In this document: in pieces, positions 56,501-64,000 of the stretch | Position numbering within the stretch: the stretch's first letter is position 1 | How the letters are laid out: each line of letters opens with the position of its first letter | IMG/VR virus record: IMGVR_UViG_3300023084_000004 | Source of the DNA: a virus | Strand: one strand, 5' to 3' | DNA length: 64,000 bases | Notes under the pieces: generated by a model | The model's database searches: none | Seen by the model: the letters and a program-made list of their open reading frames with translations, nothing else | What the model was told of the DNA's origin: nothing | Translations under genes and position numbers: made by a program

Positions 56501-57902
56501 TATTATTTGCAGTTAATCTTGTTGCTCCACCGGTGTTAAGCTTTATTGTATCATCAGTAAAATTAACTTTTGTATCTGTATCATTATTATGGAAAAGATC
56601 ATCATCAATTCCTATATTATTCATTACAGAAGTATCAGCAGGATTTACATAATAGTTATTATTATCTGCATCTAAAAATCTTTGTCCAATTACGTCTGTA
56701 CCTGCAGTAACTGTTGTTCCTGCAGCGACTGTTGTTCCTGCACTTACTGAACCCGCTGTTGCTGAAATATTACCAGTTGTCGCGGTAATATTTTCATCTG
56801 CTACAAGATGTCTATCTGTTCTTAAATCTCTTCCGATATATACGTCTCTATTTTGGTCTACTTTTAACGACCAACTAGAATTTGAATCTAAGAATCCAGC
56901 ATCGCCATTATTAGAATAGATAACACCATCTGCGCCTGTTCCTGCAAGAGTAATTTGTGCAGGACCTGCATTATCTCCAACAGTAAGATTACCTTCAATT
57001 GTTATATTACCTGCAGCAATATCATCAACATCTGATCTTAAGAATTGGTATCCTTCTAAACCATCAACCGTATCTGCATCAAATCCATTATTAGCACCTT
57101 CATCGGCTGTTGTAATAATACGACCTAAGTCGGTTCCAGCTGAGTTGAGTTTAAACCAATCATTTGTTTCATCCCAAAGAACTCCAGAATTTGCTGAAGA
57201 TCCACGGTTAACTTCCCAACCTGCATCTTGTGTAGGTGCACCAGAATGATTTGCATTAAGAGTAAGAATATTGTCCGATAAAAGAATTGTTTCGGTATCT
57301 ACATAAGTTGTATTACCTGAAACTGTAAGATCACCATCAATTGTTAAATTTTGTTGAATGGTATAACTACCAGCCATAATGTCATCGACATCAGCACGAA
57401 CAAATTGAGAAGCTTCTAAACCATCAACTGTGTCTGCATCAAAACCATTACCAGGACCCTCATCGGCCGTGGTAATAATTCTGTTTCCATCAATATCTGT
57501 TGTTGATAAACCAGTAAAGTGATTTCCTGTTGAATCAATATTTAAACGGTCACTACCATTATATTGAATAACAACACCTGGTGTACTATCATAGAAGATA
57601 ATACCATTATTTTGTTGAGTGTTAACGATTGAATAATCGCCGGTGCCAATATTTTTAACTTGAAGAGCATCAGAATCACCACGGAATGTGGCTACGATTG
57701 TAGAAGAACCAGCACCTAAGAAATTATGAACATCGAGAGTGGCAGACGACGCGGTATTACTAGATATACTAGTTTCACCTGATAAATTTGTTGTTCCTGT
57801 AACTTGAAGTTGATCAACACCATTATCGGTAGTACTACCAATAACAGCATTTTCAGGAGTCAAGAGTCCATTCTTGACTATAAATTTTTTGTCATTTGCC
57901 AT
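47589..57902 (-). CDS. giant tail fibre/adhesin (about 3437 aa) with C-terminal peptidase S74 chaperone
   Basis: MANDKKF.VKNG start after GGAG; about 24 YYD..N..YY.DP repeats; SDRRLKENI...L.P..F.W..IAQE...V.Y.K..P.LI.A.K.L. Confidence 0.88.
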   Translation of the reverse strand: MANDKKFIVKNGLLTPENAVIGSTTDNGVDQLQVTGTTNLSGETSISSNTASSATLDVHNFLGAGSSTIVATFRGDSDALQVKNIGTGDYSIVNTQQNNGIIFYDSTPGVVIQYNGSDRLNIDSTGNHFTGLSTTDIDGNRIITTADEGPGNGFDADTVDGLEASQFVRADVDDIMAGSYTIQQNLTIDGDLTVSGNTTYVDTETILLSDNILTLNANHSGAPTQDAGWEVNRGSSANSGVLWDETNDWFKLNSAGTDLGRIITTADEGANNGFDADTVDGLEGYQFLRSDVDDIAAGNITIEGNLTVGDNAGPAQITLAGTGADGVIYSNNGDAGFLDSNSSWSLKVDQNRDVYIGRDLRTDRHLVADENITATTGNISATAGSVSAGTTVAAGTTVTAGTDVIGQRFLDADNNNYYVNPADTSVMNNIGIDDDLFHNNDTDTKVNFTDDTIKLNTGGATRLTANNSGVYIGNIVATDITANTVTALSEMEAPRYYDRNNRDYYGDFHATSQMSGIDIDNFIRHRSDLNTYIGFPNADEAVIYTGGTEALFANNTILRTYRTLQVSKFQDADDPTYEVDPAGTSVMNTIGIDDYIFHNGDTNTYFGFNANDNIQFFTDGTQRLEINGTFITGAVDGFFPNLYAGRYYDSGNATYYVDPASSSRLNDISLVGEIIHDGDADTYLQFNAADSFRVVTGGSQRLLVNNTYVLANDQMRSPIFYDSNNTAYYGNFAGTSVMNDIGLDDYIAHNGDTDTYIGFPNNDEFVISTGGTIRFTANTSAITSTLSITAPTMYAGIYYDSDNNDYYFDGSSTTTSLTAAGKILIGNVSDADRTDDNTGDGGITIQPNAAGTNSNIQISGSNGGAALLNLNRIDIGNNPTNASNVYLQFNADGTAGGQFRGDASGNLYQVLKASTNWGFWTSGYTEALIVDDSANVMVNNSTGPTYTANDNTPLIGATTDNKLHVGGSVQLASLDDAFVVGNGTATFLKGDELGFGSGGGFYMDNTTTVKIRNNKDFSSNGDFYASTYYDVDNTNYYVDPAGDSQMNTIDIDDYIRHRGDTNTYFGFEANDTFRVWTNGVQRLNIDNDSADFQGNVYAPRYYDSDDNTFFIDGDGTSVLKYLNVYSGATTGELNVGRSSSERIRQYITDGIGYIQYWQDETDTTDHSLRFEILSTSTGTNTFQFNRPIQITGGGGGMYASIYYDQDDNRYYLDPNATGNAGSNAGFFGGNLSFGLPGNGTASNAEAQKGRWLSIEGNADTSGEGSSRIFFTEHNSSTGSMSAYGMSLGYRGGATSIVGSDGNTWTGLTQINNGEWGMWGHDGSATGQWAMKGPRSGSFVVASGSFRAPIFYDSNNTNYFVDPNSESRMDTIKLDGNAVVLREPTGDYGSFAVSGGARNGYSGFSIDDRFVFMHDGANRVGVYNDVDNEWIWYADRNSYMRLMYNGGEQARTDNGYFRANNQLRTPIFYDLNNTAFYVDPNNTSNIQNLIVNGTFEQGGYLQNNPVESYWYQQSTYSYSTSQTPNTQYYWIPVGVTNNGGAKGFLEYYAKDDVNYSGNVIGRIVISSWNSSSISIDHHTTGPLNNGTPKVRVDNNNRIWMQMDSITWDSYVRWHWVAVSGITLEDGSGKQLTTPANSIEILTGQQVRATLGNVTGATVTNTRHHFGSIDSRQDVRSPIYYDLDNTGYFGDFASRSRFNTLELGNQGALTGSTSYPLGVYHNNRYLIGFRNSGADANYPWLVHDNVNGKSAFIIHFNGKGDRFYVDEDGDTVFSGDITADEMFARRFVDTDDTNFYADPAGTSNFARLTLPQNPVGTAYASVATQPDYYIGQTMGNDDAWKIYGESPSGTNTGALILQSEDDYDGNESIRHRFKRTYGAYDTRDNLITYFNYVYSPTSFRAPIFYDSNDTNYYVNPASQSHMNTLTLAGNRIGFINSSFDAEIRVSDANPDGTGATFVFWGDQVEYNAEVATEVFRATRHMRAPIYYDLNDANYYLNPNGISILNDVRASIFYDRNDTNYYVNPASNSILHNLELRNYGLRLARNYTHNGIWFNAGTDTNHVLWNDYYGGPNARGAANSGFDGILWNTYRGIQIRGGSNGAYNLIRSTNSGSNTNDHYVQLYAANVEQLGTRAGYGYAPNQMRSPIYYDYNDTNYYANPAGTTRFYEQRLIYRLHIGDESNLYNGVLQETRRPDLTIKGQYPQLNLMSSEINNSNHGPTLRFTAYDSANASSGNLKHWVIGIPGTNATMLSFGYRANPPSNNPHYGIGRGWSSGDNVAIMWLQNDRHVYAENDVRADIFRDRNSTGYYVEPSNLSELYDVRQRGWYTRTFAHSGSDFANGTIVRTSIPATATNGASFVLEATGKSYSGDPPFSFIAQGYLYNNTIINYSGQHFGKAGFGTLYAFENGGVLCFWWPRVSYWNSFTVHVRNANGDDRNLVTSISNSTLPSYSKGVGITMKTTAVYNQNIGSGAMYATIYYDANDAGYYADPNGNSQFSRLYLNADLRMQGGAPIYFYTSSGSLRGYIRATETNDSHFEFATSGGEDFIFRDGGFGGSWNQIIRGNGQVLIASRLDTPIIYDRNNTGYYVDPNGSTQLRTVYANDWFRPQGNTGLYFQSYGHGLWAPESEGNSYGNVATYGSGRNGWRGYGLGSRWVLMSTGGDNIGIHDNSRTWMYYWNGSYHQYNYGYLQAQGSMRAPIFYDTNDTGYYFNGASDNSTRFRGVNNLTMAFMGLSGQTRSSKEYYAARPRITGDTNYWTGSVGWSRVNMNTVADWGSGFFDSWSNPPNQPSGTSHWVGVQAYHYTNGSARYGWQLAGGPISGLWFRNTWSGFSSWKKVAMHGVNEYSGSFYASIYYDSDNTGYYCDPNGTSRLNATDANEHYTYGWFRNRNSGNGLYNQATGMHFYSNNGYYKYAGGGYSYGGLVAYRNYESDLRGYAGYWDGNGFGLLNSSGNWQVRIFYGNSHMELYRVTYMNDARAYIFYDRNNTAYYADPNGNSRFNVTRTNTAYGGSDTNKGRLQGYGTWSSEFHKMAYISFDWNANYDYYYYHGLSSTDINGSFTDSMSLNSFNDINLRLDSNNNNGNSYVRIHDNGSGNSQNVAYIGREGGNAIAYFYNRVYGSVFYDHDSSYYANMNTWSRFWGLGTFYLRNNYDVSTNHEYGVAFANNQSTAYRVYREGGGWSYPYPDLRIAFHTGLKFGANPSYEGMRFYTDYNMASLVWQFNGGSNYSYQYRWNNLTGYHGIYSGINGAHFYPNNASYGSWRVQGSRNGWGGMQFDNNICLMMNYTEHGFYSTSFGWRLYLNGSVYTPGNVVAYWSDRRLKENIQELPRGEGLDTIMKLKPSRFNWKKEAEQVTAGVIEGGMEEVAVIAQETQDVIPNSVVINKAGNGGKDKIMVDGEELKDFLTVNYDKITPFLIQAVKDLKSELDELREEVKFLRGDK

Positions 57903-57955
57903 TCGGTTCACTCTCCCCAGATAGGCGATTTAAATTGTAATTACTTTTCTATTTA

Positions 57956-60658
57956 TTAAATATCTATTAATGTTATTTGCATCTTGTAATATTTAAGACT
58001 ACTATTTGCTGGTGTAATCTTAAAATCTATGTTTCCACTATTATATGCAACATCAAATGTTGCTAAAACAGAGCCAGTTGTTATTTCACCAAACTCAGTT
58101 GCATAAGCTGTTGCACCATCATGTGTTATAAGCAGCTTACTAATATGTCTAGAATTTCCTAATTGTGCTACAACAATTATTTCAGCACCACCATATAGTG
58201 TTGCGTCAAAACTGTAAGCAGTAAATTGAGATGTTCCTATCGATAATTTTTCTTCTGAATCAAATGTAGCAGCTTCTAAAGAAATTGTATTTGCAACTGT
58301 AAGTGCACCGGACATTGTATCACCAGTAACATTTACATATAGTGCATCTGCCTGTGCTTGAGTTAGGAAGCTTAATGTTTTAGTTGTATGTGATAAGACG
58401 TGGCCAAAAGTATCGAAATTTAAACTTTCAATAACATCATTACCAGTTACTGCAACATTTGCTACACTACTTGTATCTGCGTGACTAATTGTTACGTTTG
58501 CAGACAAAGGTCCACCATCAGTAAGACCAGCACCAGCTATAATCTGTGTTGTTTTATCTGTTTTAAGATCAAGTAAACCGTCGGTTTCTGTTTCTGTATA
58601 ATATCTTGTGTCTAAATCTATTGAACCTACAGTTTGAACATGGCCATAAGTATCAAAACTAATATCTTGTAATACATTACCGTTTGAATTATCAACATCA
58701 GCAACTGATGATGTATCAGCGTGTTGAATAATAATTGATGTATTTGAAAAATCGTTAAGATTAAAACTTCCGCTACCAGTTAGTCCTGTATTTCCAATAA
58801 TAGTAACAAGACCATTACCAACACCACCGGCCGCAGTATTCGCTGCTTGAGATAGAATATCAGATGCATGTAAACCATCTAATAAATCGGCATCTAATCC
58901 TGATCCTGTTCCATCTAACGAAAGAACAGCATTAAAGATTTCAGTATTTGACTGATCAGCTGTAGCACCTGCTTCAATTCCATCAAGCTTTGTACCATCA
59001 GCTGCAATATCTCTTCCATCAACTAAACCTGCAACTGTAATGTTATTAGCACTTATATCATTAAATGAATCTATAACTGTGTTAAATGTCGAACCATCAC
59101 CAGTTTGAATTGCAAATGTATTATTTGCTGAATACCAGTTTGTTGCGTCAACACCGGCAACTGCAGTGTTACTTGCACTTGTGATACGACCATCTTCATC
59201 AATTGTAATAACTGGAATTTGAGAAGCAGTTCCGTATGTACCAGCAATTACTCCTGTATTTGCCAGTTCTGTTGCAATTTGAATTGTTCCATTAGATGAT
59301 GAAGCAGTACCTGTAACTTTACCAGATAATTCAACTGCTGTTGTAGTTTTAACATGGAAATTAGAACCATCACCTGTTGTAAGTAATATCGTATTGTTTG
59401 CTACTGTATAGACAAAATCATCGACACCTGCAACTGAAGTATTACTTGCTGCAGTTAATCGTCCATCTTCATCAACAGTAAAAATAGGAATTTGTGTTGA
59501 ACTACCATAAGTTCCTGGAGTAACGGTTGTGTTTGCTAATTCAGTAACAAGAGTCATTACACCCGTGTTAGATGATGCAGTTCCTGTTACTTTGCCAGTA
59601 AGTGTAAGATCTAATCCATCTTCTAATAAATCAAGTTTAGCACCATCGGCAGCAATATCACGTCCATCTACTAATCCAGAAACTATAATATTATTTGCTG
59701 TAATATCATTTGTAGTAATATCTGCAAAGGTATCAATAACTGTGTTGAATACTGAACCATCGCCAGTTTCAATTGAATACGTATTATTTGCTGAATACCA
59801 TTGAGTCGCATTTACTCCAGCAACTGCAGTATTCGAAAGAGCTGTAATTCTTCCATCAACATCTACAGTAACAATAGGAATTTGAGAAGCATTACCATAA
59901 GTTCCTGGAGTTACTCCAGTATCGGTAAGTTCTAAATTGATGTTAATTGTACCATCAGTAACATCTGTAAGTGTTGTGTTTCCACTTCCTTCTACGTCAC
60001 CAGTAATAACAACATCAATCTTAGGATCTGGTTTATTTGTTGTATTTGTCCAATCTAAATAATATGTACCTTCTTGACCATCTAATGTATCAGCATCTAA
60101 ACCACTACCTGATCCTTCATCACCTGTGGTTAATATTCTACCTGTTACACCACCTGAAGCAATTTCCCAATAATCACTTGCTTCATTCCATTGAAGTACT
60201 ACATTATTTGAACTTCCTCTTTCAACTTCAAGACCAGCATCTTGAGTTGGAGCACCTGTATGATTTGCATTAAGAGTAATAATGTTATCAGATAACTGAA
60301 TCGTTTCTGTATTAACGTAAGTAGTATTACCTGATACTGTAAGATCACCTGTAATTGTTAAATTAGCAGCAAACGTATCATCAACGTCTGATCTTAAATA
60401 TTGAGTGGAATCTAATCCATCGAGGAGGTCTGCATCTAAACCTGAATTTGCGCCGTCAACTGTTTTGATTAAAGCAAGAAGATCGTTCGGGTCAGCACTA
60501 AACTCTACGATGCTTTCAGTATTTGAAACTGAATCGTATTGTTTAATGAAGATTTTACCGTCTTGTGTATTGATCGCAAGTTCGCCCAACTCCAATTGGG
60601 CAATAGTAGGCACGCGACCGGCAACGGCACTTCTTTTAAGCTTAATCAATGTTGACAT
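57956..60658 (-). CDS. tail fibre/baseplate-associated structural protein
   Basis: IKLKRS..GRVP...L..GELAINT.DGK.F, GLDAD.LDG repeats, three GTYG...IP..TVD.DGR.T repeats. Confidence 0.75.
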   Translation of the reverse strand: MSTLIKLKRSAVAGRVPTIAQLELGELAINTQDGKIFIKQYDSVSNTESIVEFSADPNDLLALIKTVDGANSGLDADLLDGLDSTQYLRSDVDDTFAANLTITGDLTVSGNTTYVNTETIQLSDNIITLNANHTGAPTQDAGLEVERGSSNNVVLQWNEASDYWEIASGGVTGRILTTGDEGSGSGLDADTLDGQEGTYYLDWTNTTNKPDPKIDVVITGDVEGSGNTTLTDVTDGTININLELTDTGVTPGTYGNASQIPIVTVDVDGRITALSNTAVAGVNATQWYSANNTYSIETGDGSVFNTVIDTFADITTNDITANNIIVSGLVDGRDIAADGAKLDLLEDGLDLTLTGKVTGTASSNTGVMTLVTELANTTVTPGTYGSSTQIPIFTVDEDGRLTAASNTSVAGVDDFVYTVANNTILLTTGDGSNFHVKTTTAVELSGKVTGTASSSNGTIQIATELANTGVIAGTYGTASQIPVITIDEDGRITSASNTAVAGVDATNWYSANNTFAIQTGDGSTFNTVIDSFNDISANNITVAGLVDGRDIAADGTKLDGIEAGATADQSNTEIFNAVLSLDGTGSGLDADLLDGLHASDILSQAANTAAGGVGNGLVTIIGNTGLTGSGSFNLNDFSNTSIIIQHADTSSVADVDNSNGNVLQDISFDTYGHVQTVGSIDLDTRYYTETETDGLLDLKTDKTTQIIAGAGLTDGGPLSANVTISHADTSSVANVAVTGNDVIESLNFDTFGHVLSHTTKTLSFLTQAQADALYVNVTGDTMSGALTVANTISLEAATFDSEEKLSIGTSQFTAYSFDATLYGGAEIIVVAQLGNSRHISKLLITHDGATAYATEFGEITTGSVLATFDVAYNSGNIDFKITPANSSLKYYKMQITLIDI

Positions 60659-60692
60659 ATATATGTCCCTTTTTCACGCCTATATAGGCAGG

Positions 60693-63600
60693 TTAAAAAG
60701 TTCCTCCGTCAAGAGTAGTTACGGTGACATCTCCACCTGTAACTGTAAAGTTATTTATGTTAAAGGATGCAATACCAATATTGGTGTTATTTGCTAATTC
60801 GCCAGCAATCAATATTTGATTGTTACTAGCAGTAATATCTATTCCTTCACCTTCTTGGAAGAATAGAGTTTCTCCTAACTGAATAACATCTGTATTTCCA
60901 GTAGGTGCAGATATAGAAATACCGCCTAATGTTAGACTTGTAATTTCTGTATCTACATAATATTTTGTTGCTGCGTCCTGAGCATTTGTAGGATCAACAA
61001 GATTTGTAATTTGTGAATTATTAACATTAACTTCAGATCCATTAGTGTCTATATTTAAAACACTTGGTGTATAGATCTGATTACTTGTAATTCTTAAATC
61101 GTTTCCAACTTCTATGTAATTGCCAACTTCTACAAAATTATCTACATCAATTTCATATAATCTACTTCCTGAACCACTAGGATTTAAATTATATACAATA
61201 TTATTTCTATCTTGAAAAACGTTAGCTCTAAGGTTTCCTGCGACATGGAAATTTCCTTGTGAAATATCAAAATATGCACCTAAAGTAGAGGCTGCATCAA
61301 GGAAACCAATATTTACACCTTGAGAATATAAGTAGTTCCAAGTATTGGAACCAGCTTGCATTGATAGTAAACCAAAACTTTGATCGTAACCAAGTTCTAA
61401 TCTATTAATTCTAGACGTGCCATCAAAATCACCATAAAAAGTATTAGCATCTGCATCTAAAAATCTTGGGGCCGCAATATCACCTGTTGCAGTATCACCA
61501 GCAACTTCTAAATATCTTTGATCTAATGTTGTATATAAATTAGTATAATCAAGCGATGTTGCAATTTCAACGTTTGAGTTATGAACAACAGTATTTGAAC
61601 CAAGTATATCACCAGTTAAATTAATTACGAAATCATTTGTTCTGAAATCAATCTTATCGTTTGCATCATCACCTACTACACTAATACCTAACTCAGTATT
61701 ATTCCTCATCATTTCACCGACAAGGTCGTGTACAGTTTCTGTAAAGTCAGGAATCGCGTTCGCTTGTAATTCTACTGGTATTTCTGTCGCGAATGTAATA
61801 CGACCTTGAGCATCAACTCGAATACGAGGAGTAAATCCATCAGTACCGTATAGGTCTGCGGTTACGCCAGTATCTTCAAGACCGATTTCAAATTCGTTAT
61901 TGGCTAGATCTGTATTTGCACCTAATTCTAAACCTGTACCAATATAAATTCTAGGTGAATCGAGTAAGTCAATTACTCCTGTATTAGCACCATCTGTAAT
62001 GTCTAAGTTCGAACTGAAATTGTCATTAATAAATCTTAAATTAACTGCATCAGAAGGGTTGACAGGATCACCAACACCTGTTATAATATTATTACTAACA
62101 TTAATATTACCGCTTGGATCAAACGTTAAATCAGTATTTGCTGCAGTGGCGATAACACCATTATTAGAAACATAGAATCTTTGTACACCGGCGGTAAAGA
62201 ATTGTAATTCGTCATTATCAGCATTTGGTGAAGTTTCAGCAATAATTTTTGTATCTTGGTCAACGTCAATAACTGAGCCTGCAAGCCCAGCCCAAATATT
62301 TCCGTCATATCCTTCAAACCTAGCATCAGTCGTATTATAACGTAGCATACCAGTCGTAGGTGTAGGTCTATCACTTGTTGAACCTACAGGAATATTTAAT
62401 GCGCCAGTTTCATCTATTGTTATAACACCGCTATCACTCTTAAGTGTAGGTGTAAATACTCTATTCCAATTTTTATTAATAGAACCTAAACTATATGTAA
62501 GTGTTGCGTCTGGAATTAAGTCAGAAGTAAAATCGGCAACAACGTTAATTGTATCTACATTGGCATCACCAATTCGAATATTTCCGCCGAGAGTAAGATT
62601 ACCATGAATGTCTGCATTACCTTCAACCGTAAAAGTATTGGCAGAAAAACGTAATCTATTATCGTCTACTAATTGTCCATTTGCACCAACAAATACAACG
62701 CGATTTTGAGTAAGGCCGGTGAGATTAAGTGTATCAACTTCTAAACTACTGTTAATATCAACAGCACCAGTTGCCCAATCTATAGTAAATTTATCTAGAC
62801 CATCACCAAATTTAAAATCGCCGTCGGTATCTAATCTTAATCTTTCAGTGTTTGCTGTAAAGAATTTTAATTGGTCATTATCACTACCTGGTGTATTTTC
62901 TGCAATAATTTTCGTGTCTTGATCGACATCAATAACACCACCAAGACCTTTCCAAGCAGTTCCATCATATCCTTCAAATTGTTGATCCGAAATATTGAAT
63001 CGAATCATACCACGTTCTGCAGTTGGTCTTTCTGCTGTGGTACCGTCTGGAATTACAATAGCACCAGTAGAATCAAAATTGACTAGACCTTTAAATGTTG
63101 CATCACCAGAATTATAGTCAATAACTAACTTATTAAGATTCGAACCAAAATATAAATCACCATCTGATTGAAGTTGCATTACAACAGTATTTGCAGTATA
63201 GAATTTTAATTGGTCGTTATCTGATCCTGGACTATTTTCAGCAATAATCTTAGTATCTTGATCGACATCAACTACACCACCTAAACCTGTCCATGCTATT
63301 CCATTATATGCTTCAAATCTTGAATCTGATGTATTATAACGAATCATTCCTTGATCTGGTGTTGGTCTTTCTAAAGTTGTACCAACTGGAATAATAAATC
63401 CACCAGAACTATTGACATCTACGACATTTGATGATATAATAAGACTATCGTCTTTTCCATTAATCTGTTCGAAGGTTTGAGTATAATCTATATCAAATCG
63501 AGTGTTATCAGTAAGAGTTAAACCTCTACCATCTAAACCCTTTCCTTGGAATTGTTTGTAGATAATATCGTCAGTATTTAATGCAAATGTTTCTGCATCT

Positions 63601-64000
63601 CCAACTGTTGCAACCCACCCAGTTTGGCCGTTAAGAGTACCATCTGTTACAAATACAAAAGATCCAGGTATTTCGGACAGAGTAAGTCCATACTCTGAGG
63701 TTTCATCAGTATACCGATCTCTCTGGAAAATCCAATCATCAGCTAAGGCGCCAACTTGAATCAACTCATAACGGCCATTCTGTTTAGGGTCAGTCTGGTC
63801 TTTGACTAACAATCCATCACCAAGTTCCCAGTCAGTTACACCATCTATATCGATAACGGCTGCTGGTGATAAATTAATTGTGTCGGAGAAAGAAGAATTA
63901 CCACTAGTATAGGTTCCACCTAAATCTACGGTTGTTGCTGCAAGAACAACATTTCTTGCTAACATATCTAATTGCGCATTATCTACGTATCTTTTGTTAG
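60693..64000 (-). CDS. large tail/baseplate structural protein (N-terminus outside window)
   Basis: IP.GTT..RP...G..R.N....FEGY repeats, three DVDQDTKI.AE repeats, DP....DAA.K.YVD. Confidence 0.75.
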   Translation of the reverse strand, partial: NKRYVDNAQLDMLARNVVLAATTVDLGGTYTSGNSSFSDTINLSPAAVIDIDGVTDWELGDGLLVKDQTDPKQNGRYELIQVGALADDWIFQRDRYTDETSEYGLTLSEIPGSFVFVTDGTLNGQTGWVATVGDAETFALNTDDIIYKQFQGKGLDGRGLTLTDNTRFDIDYTQTFEQINGKDDSLIISSNVVDVNSSGGFIIPVGTTLERPTPDQGMIRYNTSDSRFEAYNGIAWTGLGGVVDVDQDTKIIAENSPGSDNDQLKFYTANTVVMQLQSDGDLYFGSNLNKLVIDYNSGDATFKGLVNFDSTGAIVIPDGTTAERPTAERGMIRFNISDQQFEGYDGTAWKGLGGVIDVDQDTKIIAENTPGSDNDQLKFFTANTERLRLDTDGDFKFGDGLDKFTIDWATGAVDINSSLEVDTLNLTGLTQNRVVFVGANGQLVDDNRLRFSANTFTVEGNADIHGNLTLGGNIRIGDANVDTINVVADFTSDLIPDATLTYSLGSINKNWNRVFTPTLKSDSGVITIDETGALNIPVGSTSDRPTPTTGMLRYNTTDARFEGYDGNIWAGLAGSVIDVDQDTKIIAETSPNADNDELQFFTAGVQRFYVSNNGVIATAANTDLTFDPSGNINVSNNIITGVGDPVNPSDAVNLRFINDNFSSNLDITDGANTGVIDLLDSPRIYIGTGLELGANTDLANNEFEIGLEDTGVTADLYGTDGFTPRIRVDAQGRITFATEIPVELQANAIPDFTETVHDLVGEMMRNNTELGISVVGDDANDKIDFRTNDFVINLTGDILGSNTVVHNSNVEIATSLDYTNLYTTLDQRYLEVAGDTATGDIAAPRFLDADANTFYGDFDGTSRINRLELGYDQSFGLLSMQAGSNTWNYLYSQGVNIGFLDAASTLGAYFDISQGNFHVAGNLRANVFQDRNNIVYNLNPSGSGSRLYEIDVDNFVEVGNYIEVGNDLRITSNQIYTPSVLNIDTNGSEVNVNNSQITNLVDPTNAQDAATKYYVDTEITSLTLGGISISAPTGNTDVIQLGETLFFQEGEGIDITASNNQILIAGELANNTNIGIASFNINNFTVTGGDVTVTTLDGGTF

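Noticed and set aside
47589-64000. Diversity-generating retroelement or shufflon acting on the fibres
   Set aside because: No reverse transcriptase or recombinase gene, no template/variable repeat pair with A-specific mismatches, and no inverted crossover sites seen; repeats are conserved at protein level only

Overview
AT-rich window from a T4-like myovirus, probably marine and probably infecting a proteobacterium (host is inference). From 1 to 8.5 kb on the + strand are DNA and nucleotide metabolism genes: RuvC-like resolvase, dNMP kinase, two glycosyltransferases, RNase H, HAD nucleotidase, PhoH, an exonuclease and a SpoT-type HD hydrolase. Two + strand islands of small early genes (8.5-14.4 kb and 21.9-26.5 kb) are built on near-identical sigma70 promoter/RBS cassettes. 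They include guaC, a translationally coupled microprotein cluster, tRNA-Glu(TTC) and a highly structured non-coding segment. Between the islands, a minus-strand operon sits behind a T4 late promoter. It encodes CsgF, CsgG, two curlin-like repeat proteins, a FecR-domain protein and a CHASE2 class III nucleotide cyclase. From 26.6 kb to the end, the minus strand carries the T4-type structural block gp23-22-21-20-19-18-17-16-15-14-13. It is interrupted by sigma70-driven nucleotide-sugar genes and followed by tandem paralogous virion proteins, a 3.4 kaa fibre with a C-terminal S74 chaperone, and two further large fibre/baseplate-type proteins (the last truncated). All protein calls come from motif recognition by eye. 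No database search was run.
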